This document shows, piece by piece, positions 8,708 to 18,318 of a stretch of 64,000 bases of DNA. The translations under genes were made by a program, and so were the position numbers. The stretch lies in NCBI GenBank assembly GCA_045652765.1, contig JAZOLG010000049.1, positions 219-64,218 on the forward strand. Direction: 5' to 3'. A model generated the notes under the pieces. The model saw only the letters and a list, made by a program, of their open reading frames with translations, was not told where the DNA came from and made no database searches. The stretch is from Bacilli bacterium (GTDB taxonomy: Bacteria > Bacillota_I > Bacilli_A > ML615J-28 > CAG-313). Every line of letters starts with the position of its first letter. Position 1 is the stretch's first letter.

Positions 8708-9307
8708 ATGAAACTAAGTGTATCAAAGATTGTTCAAATTGCATTATTATCTGCATTAGCTGTTGTATTTTATTACATACCCAAATTTCCGTTACCATTT
8801 TTTCCAGGTATGTTGAAAGTACAATTTTCGATGTTGCCAACAATTCTAGGCGGTTTTTTATTAGGACCAATTGGTGGAGTGTTGATTGTAATTATTAAGT
8901 TCTTATTTAAAGTGTTATCTACACAATCAGCTGCAATTGGTGAAATTATGGATCTTATGATTGGAATTTCAGTTGTGCTTGTTACATCTTTTATTTATCA
9001 CACTAAGAAAAATAAAAAAAGTGCAATTATTGCTCTTGGATGTGGTGTGATTACTTGGGTAATAGTTGGTGTTGGACTTAATGGAATAATGGCTCTTCCA
9101 GTATATTCCAAACTTTACGGTATTGATGCAATTCTTGGTATGATGAAAATGATACCAGGTGTAACTGCAGATAACTATGTTATGAAATATTTAATTTTTG
9201 GTTGTTTACCATTTAATTTAATATTATCAATTGTTGTTTCGATTATTACATTTTTTGTGTATGATAAAATCGAATATCTCTTTAATAAAATGGATCATAA
9301 TAAGTAA
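8708..9307 (+). CDS. ribU: Riboflavin transporter, ECF S component RibU/FmnP-like
   Basis: 199-aa membrane protein (PKFPLPFFPGMLKVQFSMLPTILGGFLLGP) under FMN riboswitch control. SD aaggagg. Confidence 0.8.
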   Translation: MKLSVSKIVQIALLSALAVVFYYIPKFPLPFFPGMLKVQFSMLPTILGGFLLGPIGGVLIVIIKFLFKVLSTQSAAIGEIMDLMIGISVVLVTSFIYHTKKNKKSAIIALGCGVITWVIVGVGLNGIMALPVYSKLYGIDAILGMMKMIPGVTADNYVMKYLIFGCLPFNLILSIVVSIITFFVYDKIEYLFNKMDHNK

Positions 9308-9320
9308 TCCCTATAAGTAA

Positions 9321-9354
9321 AAAATCTCAATAGATTAATCTATTGAGATTTTTT
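9321..9354. terminator. Bidirectional terminator between convergent ribU and the HAD hydrolase
   Basis: aaaatctcaataga-ttaa-tctattgagatttt perfect palindrome with A/T runs on both sides. Confidence 0.75.
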
Positions 9355-10162
9355 ATATTTTAAAATAATCTTTTAAGAATAAATAGACACCTTTATCTTT
9401 ATTAGATTTTGTAATAAAATTAGCATGAGGCAAAAGTTCTTTATGACTATTTGCCATCGCAACTTTAGTGTTTGCAATGTTAAACATTTCGATATCATTA
9501 TGACCATCCCCTATCGCAATAACATTTTTTGGATTAATCCCGTAGTATTCAATAGCTGTTGTTAATCCACAACCTTTATTAACATTAATATTGTAAATTT
9601 CTACGATGTGAAATAAATCACCTTCGCCCCAATATCTTGATCTTAAAGTATCACCATAGTTGTCTTCAATGTATTTTTGAAGAGGTTTAACAAATTCTTG
9701 TTTAACAAAAAGAATTGAGCCATTAGGATCATCTGGTAATGTATCTTGAAGTCTGCCTTCATGTAAACAACCACCATCAACATGAAGATATGGGTGAATA
9801 ATAAAGTCATATGCAAGTACATAAATGTCATCATGAATTTCTGAAAAAACATTTAATAGATTATCTTTACAATAATCTAAAATATCAAATAGGCTTTTTC
9901 TTGATATTCTTAAATCAGTTTTAGGAAAGTTTTCATCATTTGGATTAGAAACAAGGGCCCCATTATAATTAATAATTGGAGTATCTAAACCAATTTCTTG
10001 ATAAACAAAGTGACTAGATCTAAATGGTCTGCCTGTTGCGATAATAATTTTATGTCCTAATTTATTTAATTTTTTCAAATATTTAACAGCATCTTTTTCG
10101 TATTCTGCAAAGTTTAACATTAAAGTACCGTCTAAATCGATTATAATAAGATGTTTGTCCAT
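9353..10162 (-). CDS. Cof-type HAD-IIB phosphatase
   Basis: IIIDLDGTLM (motif I), ATGRP, GDGHNDIEMF (motif IV). 269 aa. Confidence 0.85.
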   Translation of the reverse strand: MDKHLIIIDLDGTLMLNFAEYEKDAVKYLKKLNKLGHKIIIATGRPFRSSHFVYQEIGLDTPIINYNGALVSNPNDENFPKTDLRISRKSLFDILDYCKDNLLNVFSEIHDDIYVLAYDFIIHPYLHVDGGCLHEGRLQDTLPDDPNGSILFVKQEFVKPLQKYIEDNYGDTLRSRYWGEGDLFHIVEIYNINVNKGCGLTTAIEYYGINPKNVIAIGDGHNDIEMFNIANTKVAMANSHKELLPHANFITKSNKDKGVYLFLKDYFKI

Positions 10163-10303
10163 AGGTTAACTCCTTTTAGTATATTATACCAAAGAGTTCC
10201 CAAAAATACTATTAAATGAATAACGAAAGAAAAATAAAATAAATCACTTTGCGCTTTACAAAATTAACAAAATGTAGTAAAATAATAATAAGGCAATTTA
10301 GGG

Positions 10304-11086
10304 ATGGACATATATATGATATATAGTAAAATAGATGATTTTACAAATTCAATATTTCGTGATCTAAATGGTAATTTCAATTGGAAAGTATTAGTAGCTT
10401 TGTTGATAGGAATATTGATTGGACTATTTTTAGCTGCGACTATCTATGGTATCTTACTATTAATGTCTCTTAAAAAAACTGAAAAGAAGATCGAAAAGCC
10501 TAATGAAATTGATGAAGATTTAATAGAGGCAATAAAATTAATTAAAAAAGATTATGTTAAGATCACTAGTGGATTTTCTCCAACTGAGAAATTAAAAGTA
10601 CTTGGAAATACAATTCTCAATACTATGCGAACAGTAGCACACAAATATTATCCGGATTCTAAGTATCCATTATATGAATTAAACATTAATGAACTAGTAA
10701 TTTTAGCACATTATATTACTGATAAGATTGATGAAATATTTGATAAAAATATATTAAAGTATTTTAAAAATATGAGTATTACCCAAATTTTAAAAATACT
10801 TGATTGGCGTAAGAAAATAACTGAAAATAAAACAGTTAAAAGCGTTCATCCAGTTGTAAAAATATTAGGTGGAATTGTTAACTACGCTAATCCAGTATAT
10901 TGGATTAAAAAATTATTATTTGGTGGTACTTTAAATGTTGCTGTTTCCAAGATGTCTTTGATTATTATTGACATTGTTGGATCAGAAACAATTAAAGTAT
11001 ATAGCAAAAGATTATTTAATAAAGAGATTGACTTATTAAATGAGATGCTTGAAGATGAAATGAAAGAAATGGAGGAATTAGAATGA
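10304..11086 (+). CDS. Hypothetical membrane protein, translationally coupled to the FtsK/SftA gene
   Basis: One clear TM helix (VLVALLIGILIGLFLAATIYGILLLMSL). The stop overlaps the ftsK start (ATGA). An alternative start lies at 10316. Confidence 0.55.
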   Translation: MDIYMIYSKIDDFTNSIFRDLNGNFNWKVLVALLIGILIGLFLAATIYGILLLMSLKKTEKKIEKPNEIDEDLIEAIKLIKKDYVKITSGFSPTEKLKVLGNTILNTMRTVAHKYYPDSKYPLYELNINELVILAHYITDKIDEIFDKNILKYFKNMSITQILKILDWRKKITENKTVKSVHPVVKILGGIVNYANPVYWIKKLLFGGTLNVAVSKMSLIIIDIVGSETIKVYSKRLFNKEIDLLNEMLEDEMKEMEELE

Positions 11087-13260
11087 GAATAAAAGATAAA
11101 AAGAAAAAAAGTGAAGAAACTACTTTCACTTTAAACTTTATTACTGCCCAAGATAATAACGAAGAAAAACCAAGTTTAAAACAACAAGAACCGTATATTC
11201 CAGAAACTCCACTTGAATCGTTTCCAATTTATTATTTAGAACAAGCTCAAAAACCGATTGTTAAAAATGAAAAGACTGAAGTTGTGGCTGATCCTGATTT
11301 ATTTGTATCACCGATTTTAGGAGTTCAAAATAATACTGTAATTAGTGATCGTGAAAGTACTGTCCCTCGTAAAGCATATGAAAACTTTATGAATAATCCT
11401 AATCAAAATTTATCTAAGAGCGAGTTAAAACGTACTTTTGGTTTATTAAATACAGAAGAACATCGTGATATTTTAGTTCATGGATATAGCACAATTGATC
11501 ACAATCAAACAAATGAAGGCTATAGTGTTGAAAAAGATGAAACAATTGTTGAAGAGTTTTATCCAACTCATAGCAATTATGAATATTTTACAGCACCATC
11601 TGAAACTAAAGAGGAACAAGATGAAGTAGCAGTAAAATTTGAACCAAGTCGTGAAGTTGAAGTTGAACCGCTTCCTTGGGAAGAAGAAGACTTAACTGAT
11701 ATGATAGAAGAAACTAAAGAAGAAATGGTTGAAGAAAGACCAAAAATTATTCAGGAAGTTGTTAAACCACAAACAATGGAAAGACCAAAAGTTGTTGAAG
11801 CCCCTCAACCTAAACCTGCTTATCAAAAAACAACGAAAAAAACTAAATATGTTGCGCCACCTCTAAATTTATTAAAGAAAAATAAAGTAGATAGTGGACA
11901 AAATAAAGCATGGATTGAAGAACGAGCAGAAGCTATTAACCGAGTTTTTAGTGAGTTTAATTATCGTGCTAAAGTTGGTGGATATGTTGAAGGTCCAGCC
12001 GTAACATTATTTTTAATTGATATTGAACCTGGTACAGATGTAAGTAAAATTAATTCTTACACAAAGACTTTAACAATGCGTCTTCGTACGAAGAGTTTAA
12101 GAATTCAAGATCCGATTCCTGGACTTGATTGTGCAGGGATTGAAATTCCTAATGAAAATCGAACAACAGTCTTAGCAGGAAATTTGATTAACAATCCTAA
12201 ATTTTTACAAACTGATAAACGTTTAAGTTTTGCACTTGGCCTTAACTTAAATGGTGAAGAAACTTACGCCGATATTGAAAAAATGCCACATGGACTTGTT
12301 GCAGGTGCAACGGGTTCTGGTAAGAGTGTATGTATTAATACGTTAATTATAAGTTTGATTTATAATAATACACCTGAAGAATTACGATTTGTATTAATTG
12401 ACCCTAAGATGGTAGAACTATCTATTTATAATGATATTCCTCATTTAGCGATGCCTGTTATTACAGAAGCCAAAAAAGCACCTGCTGCTTTGAAATGGGT
12501 TTGTGAAGAAATGGATCGTAGATTTGTAGTATTCTCAAGTGTTCATGCAAAGAATTTAAAATCATTTAATGAAATGGCTAAGCGTAATGGTAATCCTATT
12601 ATGCCAAAAATTGTTGTTATTATTGATGAATTGGCTGACTTAATGGTAGTAGCTGGTGCTGATATTGAAGATTATATTCATAGAATTGGTGCAAAAGCAC
12701 GTGCTGCTGGAATTCACATTATAGTAGCAACACAACGTCCATCAACAGATGTTATTAAAGGTACAATGAAAAATAACATTCCTACTCGTATTGCTTTTAA
12801 AGTTACATCAGCAGTTGACTCATCAACAATCTTAGATCATGGTGGTGCCGAAAAATTACTAGGTATGGGTGATATGCTATTTAGTAATGAACAAGGTGAA
12901 GAACGTATTCAAGGTGCGTATGTTACAGAAGAAGAAATTAGCGATATTGTAACATATTTGAGTGAACATAACGAAATAACATATTTGGTAGATGAGACAG
13001 AAATTCAAGCAAAAGCCGAAACAATTGAGGCTGATGATGAGGAAGATGAAATCTTTGAAGAAGTAGCAATCTATGCAGTTCGTAATAATGTCGGATCTAG
13101 CAATCGCTTAATGCAAATTTTCAATATTTCATTTAATAGAGCAAATCGATTATTATTGAAAATGGAAAAACTAGGCATCATGTCAGGAACTATCAAAGGT
13201 AAGCCAAGAGAAGTATTGGTTACTGAAGAAGAATTGTTCCGTATTCTTGATGAGAATTAA
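11083..13260 (+). CDS. ftsK: FtsK/SpoIIIE-family DNA translocase lacking N-terminal TM segments (SftA-like)
   Basis: Walker A GATGSGKS, Walker B VVIIDELADL, ATQRPS, and a C-terminal gamma winged-helix (SSNRLMQIFNISFNRANRLLLKMEKLGI). The first ~270 aa are acidic/polar with no hydrophobic helix. Confidence 0.9.
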   Translation: MRIKDKKKKSEETTFTLNFITAQDNNEEKPSLKQQEPYIPETPLESFPIYYLEQAQKPIVKNEKTEVVADPDLFVSPILGVQNNTVISDRESTVPRKAYENFMNNPNQNLSKSELKRTFGLLNTEEHRDILVHGYSTIDHNQTNEGYSVEKDETIVEEFYPTHSNYEYFTAPSETKEEQDEVAVKFEPSREVEVEPLPWEEEDLTDMIEETKEEMVEERPKIIQEVVKPQTMERPKVVEAPQPKPAYQKTTKKTKYVAPPLNLLKKNKVDSGQNKAWIEERAEAINRVFSEFNYRAKVGGYVEGPAVTLFLIDIEPGTDVSKINSYTKTLTMRLRTKSLRIQDPIPGLDCAGIEIPNENRTTVLAGNLINNPKFLQTDKRLSFALGLNLNGEETYADIEKMPHGLVAGATGSGKSVCINTLIISLIYNNTPEELRFVLIDPKMVELSIYNDIPHLAMPVITEAKKAPAALKWVCEEMDRRFVVFSSVHAKNLKSFNEMAKRNGNPIMPKIVVIIDELADLMVVAGADIEDYIHRIGAKARAAGIHIIVATQRPSTDVIKGTMKNNIPTRIAFKVTSAVDSSTILDHGGAEKLLGMGDMLFSNEQGEERIQGAYVTEEEISDIVTYLSEHNEITYLVDETEIQAKAETIEADDEEDEIFEEVAIYAVRNNVGSSNRLMQIFNISFNRANRLLLKMEKLGIMSGTIKGKPREVLVTEEELFRILDEN

Positions 13261-13270
13261 TAGGTGAATT

Positions 13271-14359
13271 ATGATTCCAGAAGAAGAATTATTAGAAAAT
13301 AAAGAAGAAGCAACAAACGAAAAAAATGAAAACGTGGCTGAGGAACCAAGTACAGCATCTATAGAACAAGAACAATCTACGAATGAAGAAGCGGCAGAAG
13401 ATACTAAAGAGGAAGTTCAAGAAGTTGATTCAAACGATAAGACACTTGAACAAATTGCAAGAGAAAATATTTTAGAAAAAAAGAAAATGTATCGTCGTTT
13501 AATAAAACTATTAATTGGCTTTACTATGACAACAATTATTTACTATATTTGTAAAATATTTGATCCGTTTAAAAACTTACAAGATAATGCTGAAGTTCAA
13601 ACAAACCAAATGTTTGTCTATATTAAATATGTAATGTTTATTTCAAGTATTATTTCATCGGTTGGTTTAGTATTATTATTTTTATCTAAATTTAAATTAG
13701 TACTTGAAGTGTCTAAAAAAACTCTTAAAAATATCGTTGATGTTTTAGAATGGGTAGTAATTTTACCTATTTGTATTGCGATATCATCATTCTTATTTAG
13801 TTTTGTATTTACTATTACAGTGGTTGATGGTTCATCAATGGAACCTAATCTTTATACTAAAGATCAATTAGTATTAACTTATGATAAACATTTTGAAAGA
13901 TTTGATATTGTAGTTATCGATGTTAATGTAGGTTATTATACTAATTTACAAACTATTTATAATAACAATAATTACGAAACACTTTATGTTAAAAGAATAA
14001 TTGGTATGCCTGGCGATTATATTGACTATAAGATTATTAATGATGTTACTTATTTATATATTAATGGACAACTTGTCGAAGAAACTTTCTTTAAGGGAAA
14101 TATTAATAATACTTACTATGACTCTTTTTCAACAGGTTATCCATTTAGTTGGAAACATGTATGCGATATAAGTGCTGAAAGATGTACTGATAATGGTGAA
14201 GGACAATTAATTATTCCTGAAGGGTTCTATTTTGTTTTAGGTGATAACAGAGGAAATTCTGTTGATAGTAGAAAGATGGGACTTGTAAAAGAAGAAGATA
14301 TTATTGGTGTAATTAAATATCGAATGACATCGTTTTTAAAATTTGAAAAAATTCAATAG
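13271..14359 (+). CDS. lepB: Signal peptidase I (S26) with a long N-terminal extension
   Basis: Catalytic boxes GSSMEPNL, YVKRIIGMPGD, GDNRGNSVDSR. They are preceded by ~70 acidic residues and about 3 TM helices. Confidence 0.85.
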   Translation: MIPEEELLENKEEATNEKNENVAEEPSTASIEQEQSTNEEAAEDTKEEVQEVDSNDKTLEQIARENILEKKKMYRRLIKLLIGFTMTTIIYYICKIFDPFKNLQDNAEVQTNQMFVYIKYVMFISSIISSVGLVLLFLSKFKLVLEVSKKTLKNIVDVLEWVVILPICIAISSFLFSFVFTITVVDGSSMEPNLYTKDQLVLTYDKHFERFDIVVIDVNVGYYTNLQTIYNNNNYETLYVKRIIGMPGDYIDYKIINDVTYLYINGQLVEETFFKGNINNTYYDSFSTGYPFSWKHVCDISAERCTDNGEGQLIIPEGFYFVLGDNRGNSVDSRKMGLVKEEDIIGVIKYRMTSFLKFEKIQ

Positions 14360-14368
14360 GAGGAAAAT

Positions 14369-15196
14369 ATGATTCAATGGTACCCCGGTCATATGGCCAA
14401 GGCATTTAGAGAAATGGATGAAAAATTAAAATTTGTTGATTTAGTAATTGTACTATTAGATGCTAGAGTACCTAAATCATCGTTTAATCCAGAAGTTTAT
14501 CGTAAATTTAAAAACAAAAAAATACTATATGTTTTAACTAAAAAAGATAAAGCAGATTCACAGGATACTGCTAAATGGTGTGAATACTACTCTCAAGATG
14601 GAAACATTGCTGTAAGCGTTAATGCGAAAGCCAATGATGCTTCCAAGATAGTTTCTAAAGCTGTTATTAAATTGATGGAAGAAAAACGTAAAAAAGATGC
14701 TGCTAAAGGCATTAGACCTAAAGCTTTAAAAGCGATGGTAGTTGGTATTCCAAATGTTGGTAAATCAACATTAATTAATAATTTAGCTGGTAAAAAGATA
14801 GCGAGCGTTGGTGATAAACCAGGTGTAACTAAAACTCAACAATGGATTAAATTAAACCAGGATTTAGAATTATTAGATACACCCGGGGTATTATGGCCAA
14901 AATTTGAAAATCCTGAGGTTGGTTTTAATTTAGCTTTGTCAGGTGCAATCAAAGATAATATTTTACCACTTGAAGATGTTTTGAAATATGGAATTGAACT
15001 AATAAAAAGAAAATATCCTGGTGCTTTGACTAAACGTTATGAAGTATCAGAAGATGAAGAAGACTATCTATTAAAATTAGGTAAGGCTAAGAAATTATAT
15101 ACAAATAGTGAAGTCGATTATAATCGAGTTTGTATGTTAATATTAAATGATTTAAGAAATGGTTATTTAGGTCAAATAACTTTAGATGAGTTCTAA
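14369..15196 (+). CDS. rbgA: Ribosome biogenesis GTPase A (YlqF)
   Basis: MIQWYPGHMAKA N-terminus. Circularly permuted GTPase motifs (TKKD ... GIPNVGKST ... DTPG). Confidence 0.9.
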   Translation: MIQWYPGHMAKAFREMDEKLKFVDLVIVLLDARVPKSSFNPEVYRKFKNKKILYVLTKKDKADSQDTAKWCEYYSQDGNIAVSVNAKANDASKIVSKAVIKLMEEKRKKDAAKGIRPKALKAMVVGIPNVGKSTLINNLAGKKIASVGDKPGVTKTQQWIKLNQDLELLDTPGVLWPKFENPEVGFNLALSGAIKDNILPLEDVLKYGIELIKRKYPGALTKRYEVSEDEEDYLLKLGKAKKLYTNSEVDYNRVCMLILNDLRNGYLGQITLDEF

Positions 15197-15812
15197 TATG
15201 GATAATCGAGAATTTGAAACAAGATTAAATAATAGTGGTTTTAGCTTAATAGCTGGATGTGATGAAGTAGGTAGAGGCTGTATTGCGGGTCCTGTTTATG
15301 CTTGTGCTATCATTATGCCTAACGATAGCAACATTGAAGGCGTAACTGATTCTAAAAAATTAACAGATAAAAAAAGAAGAATTCTTAAAGAACAAATTTT
15401 AAAAGAAGCTATCAGTTATGCAATTGTTGCGATTTCTAATGAAGAGATAGATAAAATTAACATTTTAGAAGCTTCTAGAAAAGCAATGGAAGAAGCTTTA
15501 AATAAGCTTCATATTAAACCTGAATACATTTTAACTGACGCTATGAAAATTCACACTAATATTCCATATGAGAGTATCATTAAAGGTGATGAAAGAAGTT
15601 ATACAATTGGATGTGCAAGTATAGTTGCGAAAGTCGTAAGAGATGATTTAATGATTGAACTTGCGAAAGAATATCCAGGTTATGATTGGGAAAAAAATAA
15701 AGGTTATCCTACTCCCTTTCATAAAAAACAATTAAAAACATTGGGTATAACAAAACATCATCGTTTAACATATGAACCAGTAAGAATTTGTATAGAAAAT
15801 TTAAATAATTAA
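15186..15812 (+). CDS. rnhB: Ribonuclease HII
   Basis: AGCDEVGRGCIAGPV, LTDSKKL, DAMK, ASIVAKV motifs. The start could also be ATG 15198. Confidence 0.9.
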   Translation: MSSNMDNREFETRLNNSGFSLIAGCDEVGRGCIAGPVYACAIIMPNDSNIEGVTDSKKLTDKKRRILKEQILKEAISYAIVAISNEEIDKINILEASRKAMEEALNKLHIKPEYILTDAMKIHTNIPYESIIKGDERSYTIGCASIVAKVVRDDLMIELAKEYPGYDWEKNKGYPTPFHKKQLKTLGITKHHRLTYEPVRICIENLNN

Positions 15813-15820
15813 TTACAATA

Positions 15821-15847
15821 AAGAGATTGAAATTCAATCTCTTTTTT
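15821..15847 (+). terminator. Rho-independent terminator
   Basis: agagattg/caatctct hairpin plus T6. Confidence 0.75.
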
Positions 15848-15922
15848 CATAATTTTAGAATAAACTAATAAAATAGAATGACAATACTTTCAAAAATAAA
15901 TTATTTTTGAAAATCACTTTAC

Positions 15923-15951
15923 TTTACAATTTAAAATTTGTTTGTTAAAAT
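15923..15951 (+). promoter_or_regulatory. Putative topA promoter
   Basis: TTTACA, 17 nt, TAAAAT. Confidence 0.45.
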
Positions 15952-15983
15952 AAAGGACAAGACTAAAGAAAAGGGATGTTTAT

Positions 15984-18098
15984 ATGAAATTACTAATAGT
16001 TGAATCACCATCAAAATCTAAAACAATTGAACATTACTTAGGAAGTGATTATAAAGTGGCTTCTAGTTTAGGTCATATTAGAGACTTAAAAATTAAAGGT
16101 AAGGGTGGATTTGGTGTTGATGTAAACAACAATTTTAAACCAGAATATAGTATTTTATCGGAAAAACAAGATACTGTTAATGAATTAAAGAAATTAGCAG
16201 CTGATGCAGAACATATTTATCTTGCTACCGACCCCGACCGTGAAGGAGAAGCAATCAGCTGGCATTTACAAGAGGTGTTAGAACAAGATCCAAGTAAATT
16301 TTCCAGAGTAGTTTTTAACGAAATTACTAAAACAGCGGTTTTAAATGCTATAGAAAATCCACGTCAAGTAAATATGGATTTGGTTCATTCACAAGAATCA
16401 AGAAGAATTATAGACCGAATTATTGGTTTTAGACTTTCGAGTCTTCTTCAACAAAAAATTGGTTCAAAATCAGCCGGGCGTGTTCAAAGTGTTGCGCTTA
16501 AATTAATAGTTGATCGAGAAAAAGAAATTGAAGCATTCGATAAACAAGAATATTGGGATTTATTTGCTTTTTTAAAGAAAGATGAAAATGTTATAAAAAC
16601 TAAACTTGTTGAAGATATTAATGGTAAAATTGAGTTACATGATGAATCTTCTGCAAAGAATGTTGTTGATTATTTACAAGATAAAGAATTTGTTGTAGAA
16701 TCTGTGGAAAAGAAAGAACGTAAAAAAGCCGCAAAAGCACCTTTTATTACATCAACTTTACAACAAGATGCCGGTGCAAGATTTAAGTTTAATGCTAAAC
16801 GTACAATGTTAGTTGCACAAAAACTTTATGAAGGTATTGATATTGGCGAAGAACGTGTTGGGTTAATTACATACATGCGTACCGACTCTGTTCGTTTATC
16901 TGATGATTTCTTAAAAGAAGCTAAGAAATACATTGTAAAACATTTTGGTGAAGAATACTATAAAGGTTATAAAGTAAAAACTAAAAAAGGTCAAAGAATT
17001 CAAGATGCCCATGAAGCTATAAGACCAACATCACTAGATCGTACACCTAGTAAGATGAAAAAATATCTTTCTAATGATGAATTAAAAATTTATACAATTA
17101 TTTATAATCGTGCATTAGCATCAAATATGTCTGATACAATAGTTGAGGATACAGACGTATTAATTAAAGCTGGTGATTATAAATTTGCATGTGGTGGAGA
17201 AGTAGTTTTATTTGATGGATTCCAAAGATTATATGATGAAGTAACTGGTGAAGAACAAGAAATTTTATCAGGTTTACCAGAACTTACAAAAAATGAAGTA
17301 TTAGACAAAGAAGAAATTAAGAGTGAACAAAAATATACAAACCCACCTCATCGTTACACTGAAGTAAGATTAATTAAGAAAATGGAAGATTTAGGTATTG
17401 GACGTCCATCGACTTACGCTCTTACAATGGAAACTTTAAGAATTAGAAGTTATGTAACAATGGATAAAAGAGCATTTGTGCCAAGCGAACAAGGAAGATT
17501 AACTAGTGAACAATTAGATTTATTCTTTAATTCTATTATTAATGTTAAATATACAGCAGAAATGGAAAATAAACTTGACGCAATAAGTGAAGGACAAGCA
17601 ATTTGGTATGAAGAAATAAAAGCTTTTTATGATCAATTTGCTCCTTTAATTGAAAATGCTAGGGATAATATGATAAAACTTTATCCAAAAATCACTGATG
17701 AATTCTGTCCAGAATGTGGACTGCCACTATTCATAAGACGTGGTCCATTTGGAGAATTTACTGCATGTTCGGGATATCCTCATTGTAAATATATTAAGAA
17801 AAAACCAAAGGTTGAACCAGTACATACTGGCCATCAATGTCCACTATGTAAAGAAGGAGAACTAGTTGAAAGAATCAATGTTCGTGGTCGTAATAAAGGA
17901 ACATTATTTTATGCATGTAGTTTGTTCCCTAAATGTCGCGCAACTTATTCAGGACTTCCAAATGGTGAGATTTGTCCAGTGTGTGAAGGTCCAATGATTG
18001 TTGTAAATGATGAAGTTGTATGTGGCAATGAGAAATGTAAAACCAATAGAGAACGTCGTGCAAAAGAACGTGAAGCCGCAAAAAAAGTAATTTCTTAA
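15984..18098 (+). CDS. topA: DNA topoisomerase I
   Basis: TOPRIM N-terminus (LLIVESPSKSKTI, ATDPDREGEAISWH), the active-site Tyr region GLITYMRTDS, and three C-terminal 4-Cys zinc ribbons. Confidence 0.95.
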   Translation: MKLLIVESPSKSKTIEHYLGSDYKVASSLGHIRDLKIKGKGGFGVDVNNNFKPEYSILSEKQDTVNELKKLAADAEHIYLATDPDREGEAISWHLQEVLEQDPSKFSRVVFNEITKTAVLNAIENPRQVNMDLVHSQESRRIIDRIIGFRLSSLLQQKIGSKSAGRVQSVALKLIVDREKEIEAFDKQEYWDLFAFLKKDENVIKTKLVEDINGKIELHDESSAKNVVDYLQDKEFVVESVEKKERKKAAKAPFITSTLQQDAGARFKFNAKRTMLVAQKLYEGIDIGEERVGLITYMRTDSVRLSDDFLKEAKKYIVKHFGEEYYKGYKVKTKKGQRIQDAHEAIRPTSLDRTPSKMKKYLSNDELKIYTIIYNRALASNMSDTIVEDTDVLIKAGDYKFACGGEVVLFDGFQRLYDEVTGEEQEILSGLPELTKNEVLDKEEIKSEQKYTNPPHRYTEVRLIKKMEDLGIGRPSTYALTMETLRIRSYVTMDKRAFVPSEQGRLTSEQLDLFFNSIINVKYTAEMENKLDAISEGQAIWYEEIKAFYDQFAPLIENARDNMIKLYPKITDEFCPECGLPLFIRRGPFGEFTACSGYPHCKYIKKKPKVEPVHTGHQCPLCKEGELVERINVRGRNKGTLFYACSLFPKCRATYSGLPNGEICPVCEGPMIVVNDEVVCGNEKCKTNRERRAKEREAAKKVIS

Positions 18099-18127
18099 AA
18101 AAAATTGTAGAAATTTTAAAAAAACTA

Positions 18128-18156
18128 TTGACAAATTGTCGAATGTTTGCTATAAT
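18128..18156 (+). promoter_or_regulatory. Consensus sigma-A promoter driving a short structured transcript
   Basis: TTGACA, 17 nt, TATAAT (perfect hexamers). Confidence 0.6.
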
Positions 18157-18160
18157 TAAT

Positions 18161-18250
18161 GTGCCGTACGAGTTGTACGGTACACATATCCCCTACACTT
18201 ATGTTAATATTAACATAGGAGAAGCCATGTTCCCCCATGGCTTCTTTTTA
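18161..18250 (+). ncRNA. Candidate small RNA (~90 nt), family not recognised
   Basis: It starts 5-7 nt after the -10 box. Three hairpins are visible: gtgccgtac-gagtt-gtacggtac, the palindrome tatgttaa..ttaacata, and agaagccatg-ttcccc-catggcttct followed by TTTTTATTTTT. A separate promoter for ftsY follows. Confidence 0.45.
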
Positions 18251-18262
18251 TTTTTAAATGTA

Positions 18263-18291
18263 TTTACAAATTTATTAAAATATAGTATAAT
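18263..18291 (+). promoter_or_regulatory. Putative ftsY operon promoter
   Basis: TTTACA, 17 nt, TATAAT. Confidence 0.55.
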
Positions 18292-18318
18292 ATCTAAAGA
18301 AAGATAAAAGGTGAAATT

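Noticed and set aside
15890-15910. 10-bp inverted repeat tcaaaaataa-a-ttatttttga upstream of the topA promoter, as a possible operator.
   Set aside because: It is composed almost only of A/T, and such palindromes are expected by chance here. No second copy was seen elsewhere in the window.
18161-18250. Possibility that the small structured RNA next to ftsY/ffh is the SRP (4.5S/scRNA) RNA.
   Set aside because: There is no helix-8 signature (GGAA-type tetraloop flanked by AGGxCAGG / AGCAGC internal-loop motifs). The last hairpin is a perfect stem plus U-run, which makes it a terminator.
18227-18307. 26-codon ORF (MFPHGFFLFLNVFTNLLKYSIISKER) starting after AGGAG inside the candidate sRNA.
   Set aside because: The ATG and SD are buried in the terminator stem, and the frame reads through the terminator and the ftsY promoter. 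It is most likely fortuitous.
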